DNA of 64,000 nt from Octopus vulgaris (Eukaryota): assembly GCA_951406725.2 (NCBI GenBank), contig OX597814.1, forward strand, positions 134,540,001 through 134,604,000, in the 5' to 3' direction. The notes beneath the pieces are model-generated. The model worked only from the letters and a program-made list of their open reading frames with translations. It searched no databases and had not been told where the DNA came from. This document shows, in pieces, positions 1-11,414 of the stretch. Every line of letters starts with the position of its first letter. Within the stretch, counting starts at the first letter, position 1. Made by a program: the position numbers and the translations under genes.

Positions 1-890
1 AGGACTATGATGAATATGAGGAGGCTGAGGACTAATCTTTGATGAACCCCTACTTCTACCCGGAATTCTTCACTATACTCATTGCCAACTCTCACCTTAC
101 TGACAGCATCCCTGTGCAGGGTTTGTACAGCTCTTACCGACTACTCGTCTATCCCCAGTTTCCAGATAAGGGACTGGGGGACTCTGTCAAAGACTTTCTT
201 CAAGTCAACAAAAGCCAAGTACAGAGGTTTATCTTTGGCTGGATATTTCTCTTGCAGTTGCCTTACCAAAAATATAGCATCAATTGTGCTTCTGCCTGGC
301 ACAAAACCAAACTGCATCTCATCTAGGCTAATTCTCTCCCTAATGAGTTGGGCTATGACCTTCTCTGTAACTTTCATCACCTGATCCAATAATTGGATTC
401 CCCTGTATATATTTCTATCTAAAGCATCACCTTTACCTTTGTAGCAGTTGACTATCATGCTGCTACACCAGTCATTGGGTATGACTCCTTCATGAGCAAC
501 TCGATTTACGATGCAGGTGACAAGACCATAACCCACACCGCCCAATATTTTAAGCACCTCAGCGCTGATTCCTGATAGGCCAGAGGCTTTCCATATCTTC
601 ATATCCTTAATTGCTTTATCTACTAGGGTATTGTAGATTCAGGTAGTTGGCCCCCTCAATTGAGTCAACCTTCAGCAGACTTTCCTCCTCTCATTCATTC
701 TCCACATGCAGCCGTCTTTCATAATGGCATCTCCAAGCCTCTTTCTTTGCAGAATCATTAAACGCAAGGGCACCATCATCCATGCAGACACATTTCTCTC
801 CTATGACATCACGGTTTTCTCTCATACACTGTCTTGCAATCCGAAATACTTCGATTCTTCGGTCCTCACTTTGCTGAACATTGGGCTAAA
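1..890 (-). mobile_element. Decayed RTE-clade LINE fragment (RT domain and upstream linker), cut by the window edge
   Basis: ORF 141..602(-) has IPNDWCSSMIVNCYKGKGDALDRN, QFGFVPGRSTIDAIF and AFVDLKKVFDRVP, nearly identical to the element at 26-30 kb; indels and stops around it. Confidence 0.93.
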
Positions 891-1688
891 GGGCTAAATT
901 ATTAATTTGAAATTGATCATTTTAGGAATACTCTTGAACTGACCAGGAAAAAGAATTATCTCCAATGGAAAAACTTCTTCTTTTTCAGATTTTACAACTT
1001 GTATTTAAGCAAAGAGCTTGATCTGATTTGGATAATACTGTATAAGTATGTTTCTTTAAAATGTTAATCTCTCATCTATTCAGCAAGAGAAATACTTCTT
1101 TTTTTTACTGATAACTGAAAGTTAAAATTCTGCCATATTAGGTACATATTCTTCTAATTTTAGAAATAAGCAAAATAACACATTTTATGTGGTGGAATTT
1201 CAACTTTTTACTTTAAACCAGCTAGCACCAAACTTCACCATTCTACCATACAGTATACTATAATACAGAAGTCAATTGTTCAAGAAGACAGCTAGTTTGC
1301 TGAATTAACTCAAGCATATTATTGGTATTTATTTTAATCCTGGAGATATGAAAGGAAAAGTTGATGTGAGCAAGATTTCAAATGTGGCATGAAAGGAGAA
1401 TTACTGTGAAACACTTTTTCTGATTCGCTAATATTTTGGTTATATTCACCATTTTTTAGATCAAACTTTTATTATTGGTGTAATTTAAGGGTACATGGTT
1501 AACTTTTGTAAGGGAGTGGTATAGTTAATAGAATCAACCAGGTATTATGTAGAGTTATGAAAGAGAAGTCAATTCTAGCATGATTTGAACTCAGAAAGTG
1601 AAGGAAAGCATTTAATTTGACACACTCATTTCTCCCAATTCTATAATCTAAATTATAACATATTGTAAGTGATAAGGTTTATTTTCAG

Positions 1689-1868
1689 AAAATTTTGCAA
1701 TAGTAGACAGATTCAGTCGAATATGGACTTGGCCTTTGCCTGATCATGTGACCCAACAACTCAGTACAAATGTTAACATTGATATTGCTGACAAATATCA
1801 GAGCATAAAATTGTCACTTCCAAATTTAAAGATTGATTCAAATGTTTACAATTTGGTCAAAGTTCAAG
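1689..1868 (+). CDS. SPIDR: SPIDR-like gene, internal exon (NFAIVDRFSRIWTWPLPDH...NLVKVQ)
   Basis: ttttcag acceptor, caag|gtaagt donor, open frame; phase-1 join gives VKVQ-G-VIYSVD, resembling the vertebrate SPIDR C-terminal VQGTVVGVD as I recall it. Confidence 0.8.
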
Positions 1869-3157
1869 GTAAGTTTTTCTTGCATTGTATAGCTTGCATA
1901 TTTATAGATATTTGTTTATTCATTTAATACTTATGTATTTTAGGAAAATCAAAAAAGCTTTTAAACACTAAAACAAAACAGGGTTTTGACATATTTGAAA
2001 CAATTCAGTGAAAAAGAAAATAGACATGTACATGCTTATTTAACTGGTACATGTATGTGCGTTTGTGTAAGTTTCTATATATGGAAAATAGCTTTTCTTT
2101 TAACCCTTTCATTACCAACCCGGCTGAAACCGGCTCTGGCTCTGAGTACAAATGTCTTGTTTTCATAAGTTTTAAATTAAAATCTCCCTCCAAACCTTAG
2201 TCACAATTTATGTTCTTAACACTAGCTGAATGATAACTAAGTTATTTTACTAAATTCTTTGTTATATTTAAAGTAATTGAAAGAAACACAGAACATCTCA
2301 AAATAAATACAGTAACGAAAGGGTTAAACATATGTCTAAAACATGTTCTAGCTTTGTCTTTTCTCTTAATTTTTTTTCCCTATTTCTTTATGAGTTCCTT
2401 CCAGTTTGTTTCAAACAATGAGGTTGCAAGATCTAAACGGTGTAGAAATGTTGATTGCTCTAGGAACTTTATAGTTCCAAGCAATGTGTAAGGAACCAAT
2501 AAAGAAATATGAAAAAAGAAATTATATATCTAGAGTACTGAACACCTCAATCCTTCATGTGTAGCCACTGCTACAACTGGGACATGTAAAGACATGCTCA
2601 CAGAAAAGACACCCTTCCAAAAGAGATACTACAAAAGTGAGTAGCAAGCAGTAAAGTTTCCTGCTATTGTCTATCATCAATATGATCTTCTGTTGATGTT
2701 GATCCACTACTTTTCTTCTTCAGTCATGCACTGATCATGATGTAGATGGACATATATTGATACACATATATTTACTCATACAGGCTTATATACTCTATTT
2801 AGCATGAAACATAGTCATAAGAAGTAATAATATTTATTCATTATACATATATCATTTAACATCTACTTTTCCATCCTTGCATGGCTCACACAGAATTTGT
2901 TGAGGTAGATTTTCTATGGTTGGATACCATTCCTGTCATTAATGCTCACTTGTTTTCAAGCAAGGTAATATTGCTCCATAACCAGACATATTTTTCATGG
3001 AAAACAAGAAATAAACAACCTCATTTGTATGATGGTGATGCTTCTTTACAATCATCACGGGCTGTCAAAACAAGGATTCAGAAATACCCCCCCCCCCAAT
3101 ACATACATGCACATACACACACCACACCACACATACGTACATGCATGTATGCACACA

Positions 3158-3275
3158 CTTTGGTCAGCCCAGGGCTGTAGTAAACACTTGCCCAAAGTGC
3201 CAAGCAGTGTGACTGAATCTGAGATGATATGGTTGGGAAACAGGCTTCTTATCCATAGAGCCATACCTGCACCTA
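3158..3275 (-). mobile_element. tRNA-derived SINE (CORE-like), decayed
   Basis: Reverse complement has an A-box-like ggctctatgg and the core gcactttgggcaagtgt; similar to the copy at 3890-4047. Confidence 0.7.
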
Positions 3276-3469
3276 TACACACATATGCATGCACATGCAT
3301 GCTCTGATGTGGGATTCTTTTTCACTTTATAAAAATACAAGATATAGTGTGTTGAATTTATTTGTCGTAGAATACTTTAAAATTTTCTATCAGTGTATTA
3401 AAGATATGTATGCATTGCATTCTGTGTATAATTGCAAAGTGAAATGTAACACTGCTATTGCAACAACAG

Positions 3470-3569
3470 GTGTGATATACAGTGTGGACCAAGATAAAGC
3501 AGTTATTTGGCAAACCTGCCCAAAATGTGATAAAGAAGAATTGGCTCTCAAGAAAAATAATGAAGAAAG
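3470..3569 (+). CDS. SPIDR: SPIDR-like exon (GVIYSVDQDKAVIWQTCPKCDKEELALKKNNEE)
   Basis: aacag| acceptor, ag|gtgatt donor, phases fit both neighbours; WxxCxxC resembles SPIDR STAFSWPVCDMC (recalled, not aligned). Confidence 0.82.
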
Positions 3570-3629
3570 GTGATTGATTTTCTTTTCACTTATTATAATG
3601 TTATATCATTATGTGTCTGTGCACTGGTA

Positions 3630-3835
3630 GTGAGTGGCAAAATTGTTAGCACACTGGACAAAATGCTTAGCATTTCATTCCTCTTTATGTTCTGAGTTCA
3701 AATTCCATTGTGGTCAACTTTGCCTTTCATCCTTTTGGGGTTGATAAAATAAATAACAGTTGAGCTCTGGGGGCGATGCAATCAACTTGCCCGCTCTCTC
3801 AAAATCTCAGGCCTTGTACCTATAGTAGAAAGGAT
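3630..3835 (+). mobile_element. tRNA-derived SINE of a second family
   Basis: B-box gagttcaaattcc followed by the core gtcaactttgcctttcatccttttggggttgataaaataa, typical of widespread metazoan SINEs. Confidence 0.75.
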
Positions 3836-3889
3836 TCCCTCTCTCTCTTTCGGAGAGGTACTGAGCAGCTATACGCACACATACACACA

Positions 3890-4047
3890 CGGCAGTAACT
3901 CCCGCCTACCAAATTCAATCACAAAGCTTCGGTCGACTCGGGGCTATAGCAGAAGACACCTGCCCAAAGTGCCACGCAGTGGGACTGAACCCGAAACCAT
4001 GTAGCTAGGAAGCAAGCTCCCTAACCACACAGCCATGCCCGCGCCTA
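3890..4047 (-). mobile_element. tRNA-derived SINE (CORE-like)
   Basis: Reverse complement: ggcgcgggcatggctgtgtggtta (A-box), gggttcagtccc (B-box), gcactttgggcaggtgtcttc core. Confidence 0.85.
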
Positions 4048-4314
4048 CAAAAATGTATGCACATATACGCAGCGCTATGCGTGTGGCAAGTTTTCTACGG
4101 CCGGATGCCCTTCCTGACGCCAACCCCCACCTGTTGCCAAGCAAGGTAGTTTTTCCCTCTCTCTCTTTCGGAGAGTTATGTGTATAAAACCATAATGGTA
4201 TCTTTTTGGCCACTGATGATGGAAGTATATGCTTGATGTGCTTGTTGTTTGTAAATCTTTTATATCTTGTGTTCTCATTGTTCTAAGTTGTTCTCATGCT
4301 CATAGGGTTGGGCA

Positions 4315-4530
4315 AGGGAGTGCTGAAAGGTTCTTGGCTTTAAGGGTATCACAAAAGACCTGGTTGGAGGCCCAACCCCCCAAGTATTTTTACAGGGATT
4401 AGAAAAACTGAAGAACTGCTGCAATAAGTATGTCATTCTGAGAGGGGAATATGTTGAATAAAATCATAATTAATTTGATCCTCTTGTATTTTCTTTTACC
4501 CAAAGCCAGGAATTTTTCAGCACCCCCTCA
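4315..4530. mobile_element. Mariner-like MITE
   Basis: Imperfect TIRs agggagtgctgaaaggttcttggcttt / aaagccaggaatttttcagcaccccct, TA at the right end; second copy at 9228-9405. Confidence 0.75.
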
Positions 4531-5671
4531 TACATATAAGGTGATTGTCAACTCTATTTTTTAGTATAACCACTTTCTCATTGCAGACATTGTAACAAGT
4601 TTAATAGCTTTGTTGCCATGGGCTATCAGATGACTACTTAGCTGTGATTTTATTTAAAATTTTTTTGTGATAAATGTAGCACATAATTTCTTTAAGAACC
4701 CAGTAACCATTCTTGTGTATTCATCCAAATTGGGTTTTCTATTTTGTAATAGATAAGCACATATGTGGACATAAAGGACACCTGTGCTCAAGTGGGGATG
4801 TTGGAGCTGTATGCATTTAAGAATTCTATGTTGGTCTCACATATGTGATCTTTCATGACTAGCAAATCTGGCCTTTGAAGATGTAATACAGCCACAGGCA
4901 ATATGGGTGGGATTATCTCTGAATCCTCTGCCAGGCTTTTGAACTATTGCCATGCAAATACTTCAAATAGTCTGGTAGTTTGAGGGGCATTATGTTTCAC
5001 TATTTGATGGTTTAAAAAATTTTTTCTCAGACTGCAGGTTTTTCTTCTTAATTATAGACCGACATGCACTGAAAAGAAGTACAAGATATTCCCAACCCAT
5101 TTTTCCCAATATTGTAAACAAAAAATTATGAACATAGAAAGAAATTATACATTAATCCCTATTTTTGTAAGCAGTTGTATCCGTAAAAATTTTATTTGAA
5201 GAGAACAGAAATTGAAAGAAGAGAAAGCGATTAAGAGCAGAGAAAGAAAGTGAAAGATGTATGTATGTCTATATGAAATGGACACGTACGTGTGGGTGTG
5301 TGTGCATGCTTGTGCATGCGTATGTGAGAGAGAAAGAGAGAGAGAGAGTGAGTGAAGTGAAGGTGTGTGTCATGATGATTGATGTCTTTTAAGGTACACA
5401 CACATAGAAAATGTGACGTCATCATATAACATTTTTACCACGAGTTTCCCAATGTTGTTATATCCATTTTCTTCTCCTATATAACCTAAACTTCCGTGTA
5501 CCAGTCGAACCACCTGCTACCATACAACCTTGCAAAAGACTGTACCTACCCAGGTAACAACCAGGAGTGACTCTGGATTTAATTATCCCTTAGAAGTATT
5601 AAATCCCTCTAACTGATACCTATACTATATATATATATATATATGTGTATATATATATCTATATCTATCTA

Positions 5672-5920
5672 TATATGTGAGTGGATTTTGTACTCAGAAA
5701 CTGAAAGAAGACTGTCGTATGTATGTGTATATTTGTGTATGTGTGTCCCTCTGTCTTGTGTTTGTACCCCCACCATTGCTTGACAACTGATGTTGCTGTG
5801 TTTACATTCCTGTAACTTAGCGGTTTGGTAAAAGACACTGACAGAATGTGTACTAGGCTTACAAAGAATAAATCCAGTGGTTGATTTCTTCACCCCAGCA
5901 GTCCCATGACTGAAATAAGT
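5672..5920 (+). mobile_element. 3' part of a SINE
   Basis: Begins tgtgagtggattttgtactcagaaactgaaagaag, matching the 3' region of the SINE copies at 3890 and 8140; follows a (TA)n tract. Confidence 0.55.
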
Positions 5921-6367
5921 AAAACAATAAAAATATATATATTATATATATATACACACACACAGCACACACATGTATGGGTCTGAGTGTTTTAATATCT
6001 GTGCTGATATTTATAGATGATAGATGAAAACACTGCAAATACTCTTTGATGAAAGTCCTTTGTAATGAATTACAGATGCTCACTTGTCATTCTTAACATC
6101 ACAAATCCAACAAACCAATAATGAGCCCATTGGAAACCTGTTACTAAAGATATATTGTTCACAAATTGGGATTATATTTTAAATTCAAGTAACACTCTAA
6201 AATACAATGGCTGTAAAGTTAAGATGCTGGTCTACCAACTGCAAGTCATAAGTTGAGATCTTATCAAAGACACTGTATTGAGCTGTTGTGCTCCCCCAAC
6301 AAAGATCATAATTTTGGTTGCCAAAATCACAATGTTATTTCTTATTTCTTAATTAAGTGGTTATATA

Positions 6368-6555
6368 TCATCATCATCATTGTTTAATGTTCGCTTTCCA
6401 TGCTAGCATGGGTTAAACGATTTTGACTGAGGGCTGGCAAACCAGATGGCTGCACCAGGCTCCAATCTTGATCTGGCAGAGTTTCTACAGCTGGATGCCC
6501 TTCTTAATGCCAACCACTCCGAGAGTGTAGTGGGTGCTTTTTACGTGCCACCAGC
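6368..6555 (-). mobile_element. RTE LINE 3' terminal fragment
   Basis: (ATC)n tail followed by cgctttccatgctagcatgggtt...ggatgcccttc...gtgctttttacgtgccacc, the same end as at 10878 and 31128. Confidence 0.88.
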
Positions 6556-6701
6556 TTTTAAAAAATTAGTAAAAGAAAGACATGTAAATCAAGCACAACA
6601 TAAAATGAAACAATATAACTACAAATTGAAATGTTTTTTAGTTTGGGGTTTTTATTTATTAAATAAATAAATTGCAACTGACTTTTATGCTCTACTTGCA
6701 G

Positions 6702-6816
6702 CTGGCTCTTTTGTTTTGTTTGCAACTGCCAAGTGGATGATACTGTAACACACATAACAATGGAAGTAATAATTCGGTGTCTGGCTTTACCTGGAAACTA
6801 TCAAGTAACAGTCAAT
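6702..6816 (+). CDS. SPIDR: SPIDR-like exon (SWLFCFVCNCQVDDTVTHITMEVIIRCLALPGNYQVTVN)
   Basis: ctacttgcag acceptor, |gtaggt donor, phase 2 in and 0 out; supplies the second CxxC of the Zn ribbon. Confidence 0.82.
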
Positions 6817-7796
6817 GTAGGTGTTAGCTTTTCTCTATTCCATTTCATGGTACTAAACATTTCATCATCATCACCAGTACCACTACCACTACCACTGCCA
6901 CCACTATTATTTTTACACCCACTTTTCAAAACTTATTTTCTGTTACTGCTTTCTTAGATGGTTTAGGGATCATACCTCACTTATACTTACATTTTGTACA
7001 TGGTTTCTATGGCTGGATTCCCTTCCTGTCATCAACTACTTTGCAACTAGCACTACAATAAAATGCATCCAATATACTTTACAGAGTATATTAGGTGCAG
7101 TTTATTGTAGCACTTGCAATAGAAAGGTCGTCTAATCCCAATTATAACTCAAGAGTCCTCTATGCATTACATTGTCTCTGTTCATTCCTTTGTTCAAGAG
7201 AACCAGAGAGATTGCCACATGTTCCTGGAAAGGTGTAAAGAGAGTCTGCTTTTCTCTTCATTGTATCCTATTGATCATTATTTATAGTGATAAAACATGA
7301 ATGTAAATATGATTTCTTTAATTTCAAACATAGTGCTTCAAATCAGGTATGTACAAGATCCTGAACCCAAATAGACTATTTCCTTAATGTTATAGTTACT
7401 TAGCTGTAGATCATCCCTGATTGAACAGATTTATGATCAAAGATATTGCACTTAGGACTATCCTATCTTTTACAGTATGCTTATCTAAATTATCTAAATT
7501 GTCCTTTCACTTCCTAACACAGTTAAGTATTATTTGAGGGAAGTTTGGCTACTATTTATAGCAAGTTGAGCATTTTTTTTTTACAGATACAATGCATGAA
7601 GCACTTTATAATCCAATGTGTTTCTTTAAGATGGTAGGGTATGATTTGAGGTAGACATGACTGCAATTTCTCATGGTTTTGTTTCCATCTAACTGTTTCT
7701 CAAATTTTTTTCCCTCATAAAATGAAATCTCTTTTGAATGTAACTCCAGCAGTTGGTAAAGTTTAAAATTTCTATTATTTTACCTATTACTTTTAG

Positions 7797-7847
7797 CTCC
7801 AACAAAAAACAATTGAAGGTTTATTACCAGGAAATAATTCTGATGAT
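7797..7847 (+). CDS. SPIDR: SPIDR-like exon (LQQKTIEGLLPGNNSDD)
   Basis: cttttag acceptor, |gtaagt donor, 51 nt phase 0-0; resembles SPIDR LLQRSISSLL. Confidence 0.82.
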
Positions 7848-8139
7848 GTAAGTAATACATACCACTTATTTACCATTAATAATGATTCTATTGTTTTGTA
7901 ATAGGGATGTTATCAAATTAAAGTAATTATATACAGTTGGCACAAAGTGAAAGCTAACTGTTAAATAAGTTAACGAGCAATTAAACCTATATAACTGGTA
8001 GTCTTGCCAAATAATTTACCCTTAACCTATTGCACCAGTTTTTATATTTGTTTGTCAAGCTTCAGTAATTAATTTGTATAAATCAAGAAATTTTGTTCCT
8101 GCATTCTGCAAATTCTACTCTCAACAGATATGGTGAAAG

Positions 8140-8280
8140 GTATACCCATGTGGTTAAGATATCTGCGTTACAATTAAAAGGTGCTGGTTTTGATCCCATT
8201 GCATTGCAACATGGATAAGGGTCATCTACTATAGTCTTGAGTTGACCAAAGCCTTACGAGTGTAAATTGGATTGACAAAG
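8140..8280 (+). mobile_element. Decayed tRNA-derived SINE
   Basis: gtggttaag...gatccca...tctactatagtcttgagttgaccaaagcctt is colinear with the 3890-4047 copy. Confidence 0.6.
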
Positions 8281-8581
8281 AGTGTGCACATACTAACTGA
8301 TGGACTGTAACTATTATCAAGTGGTATATTTAATCCATCAATCAAGCCCTCAGATATCTTTAGTATAGTTTTCTTTGTTGTAAGCATTCAAACCAGTTCA
8401 GTTTTTCCTCCATTTCTCCACCAGTTTCAGAGGCTTTGCAAAAAGGTCATTAGATCAAAAGGGTGCAGTATTGGCATTAGAGCACACTTAAATTATTATT
8501 CTAAAAACTAGAGGCAATCCCATTTTCATCATATGAATTGTGTTTATTTGAATTATTTTGTTTATTTATTTTTATCTTTAG

Positions 8582-8707
8582 GGTTATGATGTCTCTACAG
8601 TCCTTGGTCAGCAACTTGGTCCTCTGACATGTCTTCTGAAAAAGCACAATAATTTACCGAGAAAGCAAATTTCAGAATTTTATCTGGAAGAGATTCAGCT
8701 CATCTAA
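8582..8707 (+). CDS. SPIDR: SPIDR-like last coding exon (GYDVSTVLGQQLGPLTCLL...FYLEEIQLI*)
   Basis: atctttag acceptor, TAA at 8705-8707; resembles the SPIDR C-terminus GSYEVKSVLGKEVGLLNC...LEEIELL; AATAAA at 8718-8723. Confidence 0.85.
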   Translation, partial: GYDVSTVLGQQLGPLTCLLKKHNNLPRKQISEFYLEEIQLI

Positions 8708-9227
8708 GAACAATTAAAATAAAAAATTATCAACATTCAACAGTTACATACAACATTTTGTATTTATCATTCATAATTAGCCATGTATCATTGAATTGCT
8801 TCAATAATTTGACATTTAAATACTATGTATTTTTAAACTAAACAATTGACAAATATATCACTTTGCAATGTTTTAAATTTGTTGTTTAATATTACAAACA
8901 TTATGCTCACATCATTTTCACCATGTTTTTCATTCATATTCAAGAAAAATTAATTTTCCTTGGGATCATCCCTCATTCTTGTGGCATTATCATTCACATT
9001 AGGTCACAAGAGAAAATATATTTTTTTACATCTTATTTTTATTTCATTTTGCATTTTACTTTGAGATAAGTAATAAAATGAATTTATTTGCTTTTAAATA
9101 AACAATATAAAATATTAGCAAAATTTGAGCAAAATTTTTAAACACTAATTTTCCAAAATATGTGCTATAAATATACAATAAACAATACAATAACAAGAAA
9201 TTGATTAATATTAGTTTTGATTGCAAA

Positions 9228-9491
9228 AGGGTTGGTTGGAGGCCCAACCCTTCAAGTTCTTTTACAGGGCATAGAAAAACTGAAGGACTGCTGCAATAAA
9301 TTTGAAAATCTGAGAGAGGAATATATTGAATAAAACTATAACAATGAGCTGATCCTCTTGTATTTTCTTTTACTCAAAGCCAAGGAACTTCTCAGTACCC
9401 CTTCATGTGTGTGTATCTGCACACACACACATGAAGAGGTATTGAAAAGTTCCTGGCTTTGAGTAAAAGAAAATACAAGAGGATCAGTTCA
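9228..9491. mobile_element. Mariner-like MITE copy plus an inverted second end
   Basis: 9228-9405 matches 4360-4530; 9431-9491 is the reverse complement of the same end. Confidence 0.75.
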
Positions 9492-9720
9492 AGGGAAAAG
9501 GAAAAAACTTTTTTTCCTTTTCTCCTGTCTATATTCCTCCGATAAACTCTAAATCATTCCGATGATATTTCTTACATGGAAGGAGATAATGCAAATTTAC
9601 TTCGAAATAACAAACTGAAACAGCTGTAAATGTTTTTTTAACTACAATTAAACTATGACCTTTTAATACCAATGATCAACTTCTAATTGTTAATTGTCAT
9701 TCCATTTCTTTTCTTATCTA

Positions 9721-9771
<51 letters not shown>

Positions 9772-10595
9772 CATATTTTGTTTGCCAGAGGCCGGATGGT
9801 AAACGGGCTTTTACAGTCGGCTTTTCGATGCCCCCATTGGCGGCGTTACACTTATCTGGCTTTTAAATAGCGTTTATAAATAATACCGGCACCCATAGCC
9901 CTTGGTAACAAATTCTGAAATAGCCTTTAAGATATCTACGATTAACCACTGCAAGGGGAATTACTCCTGTAAGACAAACGGGGCTTGGTTTTTTCACAGC
10001 GGGGGGTTTCCTTGACAAGGCAGGTTTAGATGAGAACACACACACACATAAAACATGATGTATATTTTTTTTCTGCCACCCAACGGTCATCACGGCAGTA
10101 GCCACTGACAGCCGAACGATCAAACGCACACACGTACACAAAAAATGTTTTCTACCCCTACGCCAACACACACGTATATAGAACAGTATACACACACACA
10201 CGTCTCTAAGTAGATTTTTTCTCGCCCCTTATAAAACATCCAATATTCCTTAAATAGTCAGAACTTTATTCTCGGTCACAAAGAACATCTACGCCCCCTC
10301 ACCCACATGTTTGACCGATGCCTGACCCGTTGAATTCTTCAGCCACCGGTTCTCAACATACACTGATAAACAGTTTCGCCATGGGCTCTTAGGAGCATAG
10401 TTCGATTTGTTTTTGCTCCGCCTCTGTTCTGTTTTTGTTTTTCCAACGGATTTCCTATTTTCTTCCTGAAGAGAAAGACACAATATGGTCCCATTATTCC
10501 ATCGGATTTTGGTAATTTGTGCCTTTCGAAACACGTGTAGAATGAAATAAAACGATTTCTGTTCAATCTGCGTTCAGCTCCATTTCTTCAATTCA

Positions 10596-10877
<282 letters not shown>

Positions 10878-11314
10878 CATCATCATTTAGCATCCGCTTT
10901 CCATGCTAGCATGGGTTGGACGGTTCAACTGGGGTCTGTGAAGCCAGAAGGCTGCATCAGGTCCAGTCTGATCTGGCAGTGTTTCTACTGCTGGATGCCC
11001 TTCCTAAAGCCAACCACTCCGTGAGTGTAGTGGGTGCTTTTTTACAGTGCCACCCGCACAGGTGCCAGACAGAGCTGGCAAACGGCTGCGGATGGACGGT
11101 GCTTTTTATGTGCCACCGGCACGGGGCCCAGGCGAGGCTGGCAACGGTCACGAACGGATGGAGCTTTTACGTGCCACTGGCACGGGGGCCAGACGAGGCT
11201 GGCAACGGCCACGAACGGATGGTGCTATGTGCCACCGGCACGGGGGCCAGGCGAGGCTGGCAACGGCCACGAATGGATGGTGCTTTTTATGTGCCACCGG
11301 CACAGAGGCCAGTC
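10878..11314 (-). mobile_element. RTE LINE 3' UTR with ~5 tandem ~61-bp hairpin repeats, ending at the gap
   Basis: Near-identical to 31128-31390; unit gtgccaccggcacgggggccaggcgaggctggcaacggccacgaacggatggtgctttttat. Confidence 0.9.
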
Positions 11315-11414
11315 NNNNNNNNNNNNNNNNNNNNNNNNNNNNNNNNNNNNNNNNNNNNNNNNNNNNNNNNNNNNNNNNNNNNNNNNNNNNNNNNNNNNNN
11401 NNNNNNNNNNNNNN
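11315..11414. other. Assembly gap (100 N)
   Basis: Run of n. Confidence 1.

Noticed and set aside
926-1045. Additional upstream SPIDR exon
   Set aside because: Acceptor- and donor-like sites exist, but the frame compatible with the 1689 exon contains stops.
10289-10566. Minus-strand 81-aa and 75-aa ORFs
   Set aside because: Non-ATG starts, no recognisable homology, no convincing exon boundaries.
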